Assembly (NCBI GenBank): GCA_037142615.1
Contig: JBAXAI010000012.1
Coordinates: 26,415-90,414 of the forward strand
Direction: 5' to 3'
From: Spirochaetales bacterium
GTDB taxonomy: Bacteria; Spirochaetota; Spirochaetia; JABEVK01
DNA: 64,000 nt
The notes beneath the pieces are model-generated. The model was not told where the DNA came from, searched no databases, and saw only the letters and a program-made list of their open reading frames with translations. Positions 9,793-20,116 of this stretch are shown piece by piece (position 1 is the first letter of the stretch; each line of letters begins with the position of its first letter). The translations under genes were made by a program, and so were the position numbers.

Positions 9793-10358
9793 CAGCGTTC
9801 CTCCGATTCCTTTTCGGGTCCGAAGACGGCGAACTCAAGGTCAAGCCGCACGGGAAGCTCCCACACGGCGTAGGTGGCGGCGGCGTACCAGGGTGCGGCG
9901 GTGTAGCGCAGGCCCACCGACAGCCCAAGGCCGATTCCGGGCTCGTTGGCCCATTCCAGGCGGGCCTCGGTCTCGCCTCCGAGCAAAGCCTGAGGAGTGA
10001 ACGCGTCACCCACTTTGCTCAGGGTTGCACCGGCCAGAGCGTGCAAAGCCAGGTCGGCACTCCAACCGGCCTCGAAAAACGTCTTCCACGTGACACCCAA
10101 CGGCATCACCACCTGGGCACCGAGACCCGAAGAGTTGGTGGCCAACTCGAGCCCAAGTTCGGGACGAAAGCCTTGCGGGAGCATCTCGGGGGGGCCCTCG
10201 GCCAGCAATTGGATGGCGCCGCTCGTGAGGCCAAACGACGGGGCGTTGTTGTAGGCCAGACCCGCGAAACCCAGCACACCGAGGCGTAGGTCGATCGCGC
10301 TCACAGGTGCGGCGACTCCGATGAAGACGGCCACAAGGGCACACAGGGTTCGGTTCAT
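9792..10358 (-). CDS. hypothetical secreted protein, small beta-barrel/OMP-like
   Basis: 189 aa from ATG at 10358. Signal peptide MNRTLCALVAVFIGVAAPVSA. Gly/Ala/Leu-rich. 4-bp overlaps with both neighbours. Confidence 0.45.
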   Translation of the reverse strand: MNRTLCALVAVFIGVAAPVSAIDLRLGVLGFAGLAYNNAPSFGLTSGAIQLLAEGPPEMLPQGFRPELGLELATNSSGLGAQVVMPLGVTWKTFFEAGWSADLALHALAGATLSKVGDAFTPQALLGGETEARLEWANEPGIGLGLSVGLRYTAAPWYAAATYAVWELPVRLDLEFAVFGPEKESEER

Positions 10359-11044
10359 AGGGTGCTCCAGAAGTCGACGAGTTTCTGCGCCAGGTAGTCC
10401 CACTGCGCTTCTTTGGTGATGGTGGCGATGCCGTCGCCGCTTTGAACGCCGTAGTCGCCCCACTGCGCGTGGTTGCCGCCCGTGAGCTTGAGGAACTGGG
10501 TCTGCGTTGGCAGGGCGGTGTTAGCCGAAGTGAACTTGTCGCTGGTGGCCAAGCCGTCCTGGTCGCCGTGGATCGAGATCACGGGTCCGGTCCAGTCGCT
10601 CAGAGGGGTGCTGTCGGCAGGGTAGCTTGCCAGCAAGACGAGGCCCTTGAACGCCGTCGGGTGGTCGAAGACGGTCCAGGCCGCCGTGGTGCCCCCAAGC
10701 GAATGCCCGCCGGCCACCCAGTCGCCCTGCAGTCGCTGGGCGAGCTCGTAACCCTTGCCGATCTGCGTGATGGCGAGGTTGAGCGTCACCTTGGCGATGA
10801 CCACGCGGTAGCCCCGGCCGGCAAACACGCCCAAACTGGCGACGTACGCGTGCGGGTCGACCAACCCGCCAGGCCAAAACATCAGGCCGATGGGGCTGGC
10901 CAGCGCGCCCGTGGGCCGCAGCTCGATGTAGTCGGCGTAGTCGGTGACGGTGTAGCCAACCGGGGTGGGATACGGGGACGGAAGGTAACTGCAACTGGTA
11001 AGAGCCAGCAAAGCCAGCACAAGGAAACTGAGGGGGGCTTTCAT
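10355..11044 (-). CDS. alpha/beta hydrolase lipoprotein (serine hydrolase, GHSLGG nucleophile motif)
   Basis: 229 aa. Lipoprotein signal (LALLALTSC). GHSLGG pentapeptide. Late Asp/His candidates (HGDQDG...NH). Confidence 0.65.
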   Translation of the reverse strand: MKAPLSFLVLALLALTSCSYLPSPYPTPVGYTVTDYADYIELRPTGALASPIGLMFWPGGLVDPHAYVASLGVFAGRGYRVVIAKVTLNLAITQIGKGYELAQRLQGDWVAGGHSLGGTTAAWTVFDHPTAFKGLVLLASYPADSTPLSDWTGPVISIHGDQDGLATSDKFTSANTALPTQTQFLKLTGGNHAQWGDYGVQSGDGIATITKEAQWDYLAQKLVDFWSTL

Positions 11045-11538
11045 CGCTCCAAGATACGGACAATCTCGCTGACAAGGAAGTCCAGGCCCAGGCTGGCATC
11101 GACCACGTGGCGGGCCCAGCGCAGGTACAGCGCTTGGCGCTCGGCGAACAGCTCGTCGAGACTCTGGCCGGGCGCCCGCACAATGGCACGGGTGTCGGCA
11201 TTGGGAATGCGCCGACGGACGGTCGCCAGCGGCAAGTCAAGAAAGACCACCGAACCGAGCCGCGTCAGGTGCTCCATGGCGGGGGTGCTGTAGACGGCGC
11301 TTCCTCCGGTTGAGATCACCGCGCGCGGGGCACTGCAACCGAGCAGGGCCTTTTCTTCACGCTCGAGGAACCCAACGGCTCCGTGCCTGTCGAGCACCTC
11401 TTGCGGACGGCAGTGCTCCTGATGCGCAATCAGGTCATCGGTATCGACAAAGTCGAGGCCCAGGCGGCGAGCCAGGGCTCTGCCGACGGTGCTCTTGCCC
11501 GCCCCCGGCATGCCGATCAGAACAATGGACTCGCTCAC
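11041..11538 (-). CDS. aroK: shikimate kinase
   Basis: GTG start. VLIGMPGAGKSTVGRALARRLGLDFVDTDDLI... classic AroK P-loop and DTD motif. 166 aa. 4-bp overlap with upstream GH36 gene. Confidence 0.75.
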   Translation of the reverse strand: MSESIVLIGMPGAGKSTVGRALARRLGLDFVDTDDLIAHQEHCRPQEVLDRHGAVGFLEREEKALLGCSAPRAVISTGGSAVYSTPAMEHLTRLGSVVFLDLPLATVRRRIPNADTRAIVRAPGQSLDELFAERQALYLRWARHVVDASLGLDFLVSEIVRILER

Positions 11539-13931
11539 TTCGCCGCGTCGACCTTGGTCAGGTGGTAGAGCCTCGACCCGAAGTCGCCGACCAGTCGCAC
11601 CTTTTCGTTGAAGCCGGTGCCGGTGAACTGCGGCGAAGGCCGGAAGCCCGCGTGCATCAGCTCGTCGCCACGCGCGGTGACGGTGTCGGTGCCGAGCGCG
11701 TACAAGTAGTTGTCGGCCAGCACGTTGTGGATCACGCCGTTGGCCTTGATCGGAATCGGTGCCACCTGGCCAATCAGATCGCCCAGCGTGCGGAGGTTGA
11801 GGTACTGGGTACGGGTCTGCAGCAGGTAGTCGGACGCCGCATCGAGACCCGTGAGTCGCAGCGTTTCGTGGCCGCCGTTGGCCGGTTGCAGGCGCTGATA
11901 GTAGCCGACGAGGGCCTCGCTCTGGTCGGGACTGACCACCATCCACAGGCACACGTTGTTCTCGAAGGGCGAGAGCAAACGGTGAAAGGTGCCAAACTGC
12001 AGGGTTTGGCGGTGCCGCTTGTAGTAGGCAACCTGCTTTTCGATCACTTGCAGTTCAAAGCTGGGCAGCTTGGTCAGGTCGAGCTCGTAACCCAGGAGGC
12101 CGAAGGCCGCCACGTGAAAGCGCGTCTCGAGCGGCGTGGTACGGAGCACCTGGTGACTGGGCGCGCCGCTGACGTGGGCCCCCATCGTGCTGGGCGGGAA
12201 CACGTAGCTGGTGCCCCACTGGATTCCCTGGCGCTCCACGGCGTCGGTGTCGTCGCTGGTCCAGGTTTGCGGCATGTACGCGAGCATCCCGAGGTCGAAC
12301 CGGTTGCCCCCGCTGGAGCAGCTTTCGAACAACACGTCGGGGAAGGCTTCGACGAGCCGCTGCAGCAGCGCGTACAAGCCCAAAACGTTGCGGTGCAACA
12401 CTTCTTTCTGCTGGCTGGCGGGCAGCCACGAACTGTAGACGTCGCTGAAGTTGCGGTTGTGGTCCCACTTGACGTAGCTGACGCGAGCGCGCTGGAACAC
12501 GCCGCCCAGGATGCCAAACAGGTAGTCTTGCACCGCCGGATTGCCGAGGTCGAGGAGCAGTTGGTGGCGACCCAGCGACGGTTCGCGGCCGGGCAGTTGC
12601 AGGGCCCATTCGGGGTGGGCGCGGTACAGGTCGCTGTCGATGCTGACCATCTCGGGTTCGACCCACAGGCCGAACTCGAGGCCGGTCTTGTGGATCTTGT
12701 CGGCCAGACCTTCCAGCCCCTTGGGGAGCTTCTTCTTGTGTTCGAACCAGTCGCCCAGGCTGGTGGTGTCGTTGTCGCGCTTGCCAAACCAGCCGTCGTC
12801 GAGCACGAACAGTTCGATGCCAAGTTTTGCCGCCTCCTTGGCGAGCGAGACGAGCTTGGCCTCGCTGAAGTCGAAGTAGGTGGCCTCCCAGTTGTTGATG
12901 AGAACGGGCCGGGCCACCCCCTGCCAGCGTTTGGCAACCAAATGGTTCTGCACCAGCGCGTGGAAGTTGCGGCTCATCCCGCCCAGGCCTTCGGCGCTGA
13001 AGGTCATCACCGCTTCGGGGCTTTGGAAGCTTTCGCCGGGGGCGAGCGTCCAGCCGAAGCCGTGGGGGCTGAGCCCCAGCAGCACGCGGGTGAGGTTGTG
13101 GGGGCTGACTTCGGCCGTGGCCCGGTGGTTGCCGCTGTAAACCAGCGCAAAACCGAAGGCCTCACCGTGCGTTTCGGTGGCCGCGGGGCTGACGAGGGCC
13201 ACAAACGGGCTGTGGTCGGCGCTGCTGACGCCCTTCTTGCTGTCCACTCCCTGAAGCCCGGGGGACAGACCTCGGCGGTGGGGCGTGCGTTCGGCAATCC
13301 ACTTGCCGTCGAGGGTGACGAGCTCAAAGTGGGCGTGACTGAAGTCGTGCTGCAGACTGGCCAAGGCCTCGATCTTGAGGTCGGCGCCACCGGTGTTCAC
13401 GACGCGCGCCGAACGGGCCACGACGTCGGCAGCTTCGAACACGCTCCAACAGAGAACGAGTTGCAAGCCGCAGTGGCGATCCTCGAGGGTAATTTCCAGC
13501 GTTTCAACGTGGTCGCCAAACGTCGAGGGGAGGCCGGCCAAGGCGGGCTTGGAGGCCAAGAGGCGGTGGCTGGCGTAGCGGGGGTCGTGCGTCGAGGTGC
13601 CAGCCAAGGTCGAGGTGCCAGCCAAGGTTGAGGCTCCACCAAACGTGAACTGGGCCGGAGGCTCGCGGTAGTCGCCCTTCCCACTCCCCGACCACTCCAG
13701 GGGAATCGCGTCGAGGTTGAACCCGGGGTGCTTCGGGCTGTAGTCGGTCGAACTGCCCCACGAGGTGGCAAAGCTTTGCACCAGCGAGGCAAAGTCCGGC
13801 CGGTCGGCCAAACGCTGGCCGTAGTGCAGTTGTTGCAGATGGCCAGTGACGGTCACGCGGAAGATCAGACTGGTGCGCGCGGTCTGCAGGTGGAACTCGG
13901 GGCCGGAAGCAAGCGGATGAACATGGATCAT
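11535..13931 (-). CDS. alpha-galactosidase, glycoside hydrolase family 36
   Basis: 798 aa from ATG at 13931 (GGAGA RBS). GH36 motifs LFVLDDGWF, KWDHNR, CSSGGNRFD, WTSDDTD. Contains an in-frame 18-bp tandem repeat. Confidence 0.85.
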   Translation of the reverse strand: MIHVHPLASGPEFHLQTARTSLIFRVTVTGHLQQLHYGQRLADRPDFASLVQSFATSWGSSTDYSPKHPGFNLDAIPLEWSGSGKGDYREPPAQFTFGGASTLAGTSTLAGTSTHDPRYASHRLLASKPALAGLPSTFGDHVETLEITLEDRHCGLQLVLCWSVFEAADVVARSARVVNTGGADLKIEALASLQHDFSHAHFELVTLDGKWIAERTPHRRGLSPGLQGVDSKKGVSSADHSPFVALVSPAATETHGEAFGFALVYSGNHRATAEVSPHNLTRVLLGLSPHGFGWTLAPGESFQSPEAVMTFSAEGLGGMSRNFHALVQNHLVAKRWQGVARPVLINNWEATYFDFSEAKLVSLAKEAAKLGIELFVLDDGWFGKRDNDTTSLGDWFEHKKKLPKGLEGLADKIHKTGLEFGLWVEPEMVSIDSDLYRAHPEWALQLPGREPSLGRHQLLLDLGNPAVQDYLFGILGGVFQRARVSYVKWDHNRNFSDVYSSWLPASQQKEVLHRNVLGLYALLQRLVEAFPDVLFESCSSGGNRFDLGMLAYMPQTWTSDDTDAVERQGIQWGTSYVFPPSTMGAHVSGAPSHQVLRTTPLETRFHVAAFGLLGYELDLTKLPSFELQVIEKQVAYYKRHRQTLQFGTFHRLLSPFENNVCLWMVVSPDQSEALVGYYQRLQPANGGHETLRLTGLDAASDYLLQTRTQYLNLRTLGDLIGQVAPIPIKANGVIHNVLADNYLYALGTDTVTARGDELMHAGFRPSPQFTGTGFNEKVRLVGDFGSRLYHLTKVDAAK

Positions 13932-16372
13932 GGTTTCTCCTTGCGGACGTTTAGGGTCAGCGACTGGGTTCCGGTCTGCACGCCCGACGCGGTCAAAGCA
14001 AGCAGGTGGCGTGTTCCGGCGCCGAGGTCGGCCGCACGGGTTCGCACCCAAACCGCGCAAACACCGCCAATCAGGGCCACGGTGGTGGGCCCCAAGATTT
14101 CGCCGGGACCAGTGAGCGTCAAGGTCACCACTTCGCTCGAGTAGGTGAGCACCTGCTCGTGGGTGTCGAGGTGGCGCAGGACGACGCGGGTGACGTCGTA
14201 GGTTTCGCGTTCGACCAAGTGCGTCGCGTCGGCCTTCACCTCGAGGCGGGCCGACTGCGACGGCCCCTTGTCGGTGCGGGCGACCACCTCGCCGTTTTGG
14301 AGGGCCTCGAAGGTGTACACCAGCGAGGTCTGACCCCACTGCCCTACGTAGCGCACGAACAGCGCGGTGAGCCTGGGCAGGCTGAAGCCATGCAACATCA
14401 GGAAGCCGGCCCGCAGCTGGGCCGTAAGCGGCAACGCTTTGTCTCCGTGACGGACGATGGCGCGGAACAGCCTCTTGAGCATTCGCGACGCCAGCGGCGT
14501 CAACCCTTCTTTGGTGACTAGCTGCTCGCCGACAAAATCGTCGATCACCACCGGCGGATGCGGCAAGTCAGGCCAGTTTTTCCGGTCCGGGAGAAACTCG
14601 GCCAGCACCTCGCCGTTGAGGCTCAGCCGTACCCGGTCGGCGTTGGTGAAGGCCAGCACCTGCCCCAGCATGCCGCCGTCGCGGTCGCCGGGAATCATGG
14701 CCGTGGCCAGCTCGAGCACGGGCACTTCGCTCTGTTGGCTGGCGTAGGCCGCCGCGGCGAGCTTGGGCAGGCGGAAGATGTCGCTCACGCCGTGGTAGCA
14801 GATGTGGTCACCCGAGCCGAAGTCGCGGTGGGTGTTGTAGTCGAACGCGCACCAACCAATGGCGCCCGAGCGCTGCGGATGCGCGTAGGCGGCCTGAAGC
14901 ACCCGCAGGTGACGAAGGGCGTGCTCGATCCGGCGGCTTTCGGTGTCAAAGCTCTTGGTGGGGAACATGTGGCCGTTGTGCTCGGTGACCAGGAACGGGG
15001 CCTTGCGGGGCAAAACTTTCTTCGGGTCGAGGAGCGCTTGGTTGGTGCCCTTGTGCACAAAGTCATTGTAGGTATAGACATCCTCGAACAGGGCGCTCTT
15101 TTCGAAGTTGCGAACCCCGCCGGTTTGCCGGGTGGGGTCGAGCTGGTGAGCGAGCGCGTTGGTGCGGCGGTAGAACTCGTCGCTGTCGGGGCTCTCGTTG
15201 ATGCGCACGCCCCACAGGATGACCGAAGGGCGGTTGCGGTCCCGGACAATCATGTCGCGCACGTCTTGCAGCGACTGCTCCTGCCAGGCCAGATCGCCGA
15301 TGTGCTGCCAACCAGGAATCTCCTCGAACACCAAGAGGCCGATCTCGTCGCAGCGGTCCAAAAAGTGCCGGCTCTGCGGGTAGTGGCTGGTGCGCACCAG
15401 GTTCACACCGAGTTCGAACTTCAGCAGGTCTGCGTCGCGGGCCTGGGCCGAGCGCGGCATGGCGTACCCCACGTGGGGCCACGCCTGGTGGCGGTTGAGC
15501 CCGCGCAGCTTGAGAGGTTTGCCGTTGAGCAAGAAGCCCTCGGGCGTGAAGCGGGCCTCGCGGAAACCGAAGGTGACCTGAGCCGCGTGGGGCCGGGCGC
15601 TGACGCCTTCCACTTTCAGCTGGTACAGCGCGGGAGTCTCGGGCGACCAGAGCTGCACACCTTCGGGGTACAGCGCGCAGACGGCGACTTGCCCGGCGCC
15701 GGAGCCGAACTCGAAGTGAAACGGGCGCGTGAGCACGACTTCGGAGCCCTTCGAAAGAGTCAGCACCAGATCGACGGCGCGGGGACGGGCAAGCTCACCG
15801 GAGAGGGGACCGACGAAGTTCAGTTCCACTTCCAGGTGCGGTTGGAGCTCTGGCGTGCCGGGCAAGACGTCGAGGGTCTTCACAAAGGTGTCGACCAGGT
15901 GGAAGGGCTCGACCCACTCCAGCTGCACCTCTCGGTAGATGCCGGCGAAAGTGAGGTAGTCGACCACGTAGCCAAAGGGGGGAATGCGCTTGTCCTCGTG
16001 CCCGTCGACCAGCACCTCGACGACATTCTCTTGCCCGGCAACGAGTTGGTCGGTGAGGTCGAAGGTGAACGGGGTATAGCCGCCCAAGTGTTCCCCCACC
16101 AGGGTGAGCGGTCCGACGGAGGCCGAGGCCGGTCCCACGCGAACCTCCGCCCGTGCCATGACGCCCTCGAAGTGGATCAGGGTTCGCAGGCCGGGGCGCA
16201 GCGCGTCGGGCGGGAGGATCTTGCGGTAGCGGCTGACAAAGTGGAACTCGGTCTCGCTGAAGTTGTTGAGCGGCAGGTCGGTGGTGGAATGCGGCAGGTC
16301 GACCAGATCGCAGGCGTCACCAACAGGGTCGCGGAACCACTGCCAGCCGAAGTTGAGGGGTGTGCTGTTCAT
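13928..16372 (-). CDS. glycoside hydrolase family 2 protein (beta-galactosidase/beta-glucuronidase-type)
   Basis: 814 aa. GH2 motifs (NLVRTSHYPQSRHFLDRCDEIGLLVFEE, WGVRINES). ATGA overlap with downstream GH36 gene and upstream ABC ATPase gene. Confidence 0.8.
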   Translation of the reverse strand: MNSTPLNFGWQWFRDPVGDACDLVDLPHSTTDLPLNNFSETEFHFVSRYRKILPPDALRPGLRTLIHFEGVMARAEVRVGPASASVGPLTLVGEHLGGYTPFTFDLTDQLVAGQENVVEVLVDGHEDKRIPPFGYVVDYLTFAGIYREVQLEWVEPFHLVDTFVKTLDVLPGTPELQPHLEVELNFVGPLSGELARPRAVDLVLTLSKGSEVVLTRPFHFEFGSGAGQVAVCALYPEGVQLWSPETPALYQLKVEGVSARPHAAQVTFGFREARFTPEGFLLNGKPLKLRGLNRHQAWPHVGYAMPRSAQARDADLLKFELGVNLVRTSHYPQSRHFLDRCDEIGLLVFEEIPGWQHIGDLAWQEQSLQDVRDMIVRDRNRPSVILWGVRINESPDSDEFYRRTNALAHQLDPTRQTGGVRNFEKSALFEDVYTYNDFVHKGTNQALLDPKKVLPRKAPFLVTEHNGHMFPTKSFDTESRRIEHALRHLRVLQAAYAHPQRSGAIGWCAFDYNTHRDFGSGDHICYHGVSDIFRLPKLAAAAYASQQSEVPVLELATAMIPGDRDGGMLGQVLAFTNADRVRLSLNGEVLAEFLPDRKNWPDLPHPPVVIDDFVGEQLVTKEGLTPLASRMLKRLFRAIVRHGDKALPLTAQLRAGFLMLHGFSLPRLTALFVRYVGQWGQTSLVYTFEALQNGEVVARTDKGPSQSARLEVKADATHLVERETYDVTRVVLRHLDTHEQVLTYSSEVVTLTLTGPGEILGPTTVALIGGVCAVWVRTRAADLGAGTRHLLALTASGVQTGTQSLTLNVRKEKP

Positions 16373-17346
16373 GAGTGTTGGTAGATCTCCTTGACGATGT
16401 CGGCGATGTCGGGGTCTTCGATGGCGAGGTCTTTCACCTCGCGCTCCTGCACCACGCGGGCGATCAGGTCGCCGGACCGGATCCCTTCGCGGGGGAAGCG
16501 CAGCACGAGGCGGTCGGGGGTCTCTTCGGCGGTGACGCCTTCGGGCAGCCCGGTGAGCGGTGCGCCGCCGGGTCGTCCCAGGTCAAAACTGATGCGTCGT
16601 ATGCGGCCGTAGCGGTCGCGCAAATCGTTCTGGCTACCGTCGAAAGCCTGCTTGCCGTCGTCGATGACAATGATGCGCCCGCAGATCTGCTCAATATCGC
16701 CCAGGTCGTGCGTGGTGAGGAAGATGGTGGTTCCCCGGTTCTTGTTCACGTCCTTGATGGCTTCGCGCAGGCGTTCCTTCACCACGAGGTCGAGGCCGAT
16801 GGTGGGTTCGTCGAGGAACAGGATTTTGGGGTCGTGGAGCAGGCTGGCGGCAAAATCGGCACGCATCCTCTGGCCCAGACTCAAGTTGCGCACCGGCGTC
16901 AGGTAGAACTCGTCGAGCTCGAGGATTTTCTTGAACCACGCGAGGTTCTCGTCGAAGCGGGCCTGGGGCACCTGGTAGAGCCGCCGCAGAATGCCCAGGC
17001 TCTCGCTCACGGGCAGGTCCCACCACAGCTGCGTGCGCTGGCCGAACACCACACCGATGTTTTGGGCGTTCTTCTGGCGGTTCTTGTGCGCCTCGGCCCC
17101 GAACACCCGGCATTGGCCCGACGTGGGGTGCAGAATCCCGGTCATCATTTTGATGGTGGTGCTCTTGCCGGCGCCGTTGACCCCGATAAAGCCGATGGAC
17201 TCGCCACCGGCGATGCTCAGGCTCAGGTCGTCCACCGCGCGTTTGACGGTGTATTCCCGGCTGAAGAGCGTCTTGAACGCGCCGCCGAGGCCCTCGTGCT
17301 TTTTGGGAGTGCGGAACTCCTTGGTCAGATGCTCCAGCTCGATCAC
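16369..17346 (-). CDS. ABC transporter ATP-binding protein (ABC-2 exporter type)
   Basis: Walker A GVNGAGKST, signature LSLGQRMRADFAASL, Walker B ILFLDEPT, H-loop TTHD. Confidence 0.85.
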   Translation of the reverse strand: MIELEHLTKEFRTPKKHEGLGGAFKTLFSREYTVKRAVDDLSLSIAGGESIGFIGVNGAGKSTTIKMMTGILHPTSGQCRVFGAEAHKNRQKNAQNIGVVFGQRTQLWWDLPVSESLGILRRLYQVPQARFDENLAWFKKILELDEFYLTPVRNLSLGQRMRADFAASLLHDPKILFLDEPTIGLDLVVKERLREAIKDVNKNRGTTIFLTTHDLGDIEQICGRIIVIDDGKQAFDGSQNDLRDRYGRIRRISFDLGRPGGAPLTGLPEGVTAEETPDRLVLRFPREGIRSGDLIARVVQEREVKDLAIEDPDIADIVKEIYQHS

Positions 17347-17367
17347 AGCGCCCTCCTCACGGTCAAC

Positions 17368-18198
17368 TTAGGTCCCGGTCCCGGTGTAGCGGCGCAGACC
17401 GATGCGGAACAGAACGAAGCCAAAACCAACGAACGCCGCCGACAACAGCGCCATGCCGACGGGAACCCACGTCTTGCTCACGACGTCAAAGCCCAGCGCC
17501 GCCGATAGCGCCGCCGTGTCGCGCAAAAACCAGGCCATGGGCACGTAACTCACGACGGCGAAAGGAAGCACGAACAGCAGGAAGTTCTTCAGCCACACGT
17601 TCTTGTAGATGTCGAGCGGGTACTTGGTGAAGCTGTTGACCTCGTAGGCCACCTGCATCAGCTCGCCGCTCGACACCGTCCAGAAGGCCACCGCCGCCGC
17701 CGCCAGCTTGATGCCGAAGTACAGCGCCAAGCCGCAGACCAGGAACACCAGCAGCATGCCCAGTTCGGCGGGCCCGAGAGCCAGCCCCAATCGCAGCCAG
17801 GCGTAAGCGAACAGCAGGAACCCGACCAGCAGTTCGCCAAAGCCGTCGAACTGCACGCGCTCCATGATGATGTGCTGGATGATGCCGATAGGCCGCAGCA
17901 GGTAGTGGGTGAAGCTGCCGTCGCGGATACGCCACCACCCCACCAGCCAGATGTTGTCGTTGTAGATGTGGTCGATGCCGCGCACCACCTGGCTCCAGCC
18001 GTAGAACAGCAGCATCTCGTCGAAGCTCCAGCCGCCCACCGCCTTGATCTGCGTGAACACCGCGAACAACACGAGGAAGGACCCAATCTGCTGGATGCTC
18101 AGCGCGATGACGCCGATGAGGAAGTCGAGCTTGTACTCGACGAGGGCCTTCACCTGCTGGCTGAGGAACGCCGCGTAGATAGAAAAGAACCGGCGCAT
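17368..18198 (-). CDS. ABC-2 family transporter permease
   Basis: 276 aa polytopic membrane protein from ATG at 18198 (the 600-aa ORF call is an upstream extension in same frame). Immediately upstream of ABC ATPase. Confidence 0.6.
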   Translation of the reverse strand: MRRFFSIYAAFLSQQVKALVEYKLDFLIGVIALSIQQIGSFLVLFAVFTQIKAVGGWSFDEMLLFYGWSQVVRGIDHIYNDNIWLVGWWRIRDGSFTHYLLRPIGIIQHIIMERVQFDGFGELLVGFLLFAYAWLRLGLALGPAELGMLLVFLVCGLALYFGIKLAAAAVAFWTVSSGELMQVAYEVNSFTKYPLDIYKNVWLKNFLLFVLPFAVVSYVPMAWFLRDTAALSAALGFDVVSKTWVPVGMALLSAAFVGFGFVLFRIGLRRYTGTGT

Positions 18199-19073
18199 CA
18201 GCCCCCCTGAATCGTGACGCGTTTGAGCGCCCGACCCCAGGTGAGCCAAACCACGAGTGCCATCGCGAGCACCCAGAACGCCTGCATGCCGAGGTGCCAG
18301 GCGATTTCGGTGGGGGTGCTGAGCATGCCGGTGGCAATAGCCGACGGCACGTAGTACAGCGAGGGGAACGGCGTGGCGTAGGCCACGTACCCAAGGCCCG
18401 TCAGCAAGCCCTTCGTCAGTTCCTCGGGTAAGAACGGCACCGGGAAGTTGCCGCTGGGCGCGTTCGCCAACTGGAACAGCAGGTTGAACGCGATCACCTG
18501 CCCCGAGAACAGCGCGATGGCCTGGTCCTTGAACAGGAACAACCCCCAGTAGTTGGTGATCCAGAAGGCCACCAGCCCGAGCAAAAAGGCCACGAGAAGG
18601 GCCAGCACGTAGGTGAGGGCCAAGCTGAGCACCGTGAGCGCCACCGTCGTCAGGCTGACCGAGGCGATGGGCACCAAAAACGCGACGATGACCACGAAGG
18701 GCACCAGCGCGAGCAGGTTGCCCACCGTGAAGCCCACCTGTTGGGCCACCTGCTCGCCGAAAAAGCTGTAGGGGCGCACCAGGTGCATGGCGATGGCGCC
18801 GTCCTTGATGGTGCCGCCCACGTTGCCGTCGATGCCGCAGGCCGTGAGGCGGCCGAAGATCATGCCCAGCGCGACATAGCTGAGGTACTGGCCCAGGCTG
18901 ATGGTGCCCAGCGTGCCGCCATTCCCCCCGAACACCGCGCTCCACAAAAAGTACTGGATGAGCAGGAGCACCAGATCGTTGATCATGAAGATCAGAACAC
19001 GGACCCGGTAGGTCCACATCACCTGGATGTTGAGAGGAATGAAGCCGAGGTAGCGGTCGAGGCGCGCGAACAT
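18198..19073 (-). CDS. ABC-2 family transporter permease
   Basis: Polytopic membrane protein. Start placed at ATG 19073 (MFARLDRYLG...) to avoid overlapping galE. Longer alternative start at 19118. Confidence 0.6.
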   Translation of the reverse strand: MFARLDRYLGFIPLNIQVMWTYRVRVLIFMINDLVLLLIQYFLWSAVFGGNGGTLGTISLGQYLSYVALGMIFGRLTACGIDGNVGGTIKDGAIAMHLVRPYSFFGEQVAQQVGFTVGNLLALVPFVVIVAFLVPIASVSLTTVALTVLSLALTYVLALLVAFLLGLVAFWITNYWGLFLFKDQAIALFSGQVIAFNLLFQLANAPSGNFPVPFLPEELTKGLLTGLGYVAYATPFPSLYYVPSAIATGMLSTPTEIAWHLGMQAFWVLAMALVVWLTWGRALKRVTIQGG

Positions 19074-19078
19074 GCGCC

Positions 19079-20107
19079 CTAATTGTAACCCTTGGGGTTC
19101 TGGCTTTGCCAGCGCCACGCGTCAGCGCACATGGCGTCGAGGCCGCGGGTGGCCTTCCAGCCAAGTTCACGCTCGGCGAGGCTGGGGTCGGCGTAGCTGG
19201 CCGCCACGTCGCCGGGCCTTCGGGGTACCACTTCGTAGGGCACTTTTTTGCCGCTGGCCTTTTCGAAGGCCTTCACGACGTCGAGCACGCTGCTGGGGTT
19301 GCCAGTGCCAAGGTTATACGCGACAGCCCCTGGCCTGGTCGCGAGCTTCTCGACGGCCTTGAGGTGGCCTTGCGCCAGGTCGACGACGTGGATGTAGTCG
19401 CGCAGGCCGGTGCCGTCGGGCGTCGGGTAGTCGTTGCCGTACACCTTGAGCTGTGCGCGCATTCCCACGGCCACTTGGCTGACAAACGGCAGCAGGTTGG
19501 CCGGCACGCCCAGCGGATCCTCGCCGATTTTGCCCGACGGGTGCGCTCCCACCGGGTTGAAGTACCGCAGCAGGATGACGTTCCAAGGGTTGGGATCCTT
19601 GGCGAGCACGTCGGCATGGGCTGCGTCACGCAGAATCTGCTCCATCATCACCTTGGTCCAGCCGTAGGGGTTGGTGGCAGCTGTCGGCAGATCCTCGGCG
19701 AAGGGCGGGTTGGGATTCTCGCCGTACACGGTGGCCGACGAGCTGAACACGATGTTTTTGACCCCGGCGGCGGCCATCGCCTCGCAGAGCACAATGGTGC
19801 CGGCGATGTTGTTGTGGTAGTAGCGCAGCGGCTGGGCCACCGACTCGCCCACCGCCTTGAGCGCCGCGAAATGAATCACAGCGTCGATCTTGTGGGCGGC
19901 GAACACTTTGTCGAGGCCCGGACGGTCGAGCAGATCGACGCGGTGGAAGGTCAGCGCCTTGCCGGTGATTTCGCGCACCCGGTCGAGAGCGATGGTCTTG
20001 CTGTTCACGAGGTTGTCGACGACCACCACCTGATGGCCCGCGTTCAGCAGTTCCACGCAGGTGTGGCTTCCGATGTAGCCGGCCCCGCCGGCAACGAGAA
20101 TGGTCAT
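19079..20107 (-). CDS. galE: UDP-glucose 4-epimerase
   Basis: MTILVAGGAGYIGSH... Rossmann GxxGxxG. YxxxK (YGRSK-like region). 342 aa. Full-length GalE architecture. Confidence 0.9.
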   Translation of the reverse strand: MTILVAGGAGYIGSHTCVELLNAGHQVVVVDNLVNSKTIALDRVREITGKALTFHRVDLLDRPGLDKVFAAHKIDAVIHFAALKAVGESVAQPLRYYHNNIAGTIVLCEAMAAAGVKNIVFSSSATVYGENPNPPFAEDLPTAATNPYGWTKVMMEQILRDAAHADVLAKDPNPWNVILLRYFNPVGAHPSGKIGEDPLGVPANLLPFVSQVAVGMRAQLKVYGNDYPTPDGTGLRDYIHVVDLAQGHLKAVEKLATRPGAVAYNLGTGNPSSVLDVVKAFEKASGKKVPYEVVPRRPGDVAASYADPSLAERELGWKATRGLDAMCADAWRWQSQNPKGYN

Positions 20108-20116
20108 AGAAACTCC

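Noticed and set aside
17368-19170. 600-aa ORF as one permease
   Set aside because: It resolves into two separate permease genes in different frames (18198..19073/19118 and 17368..18198).
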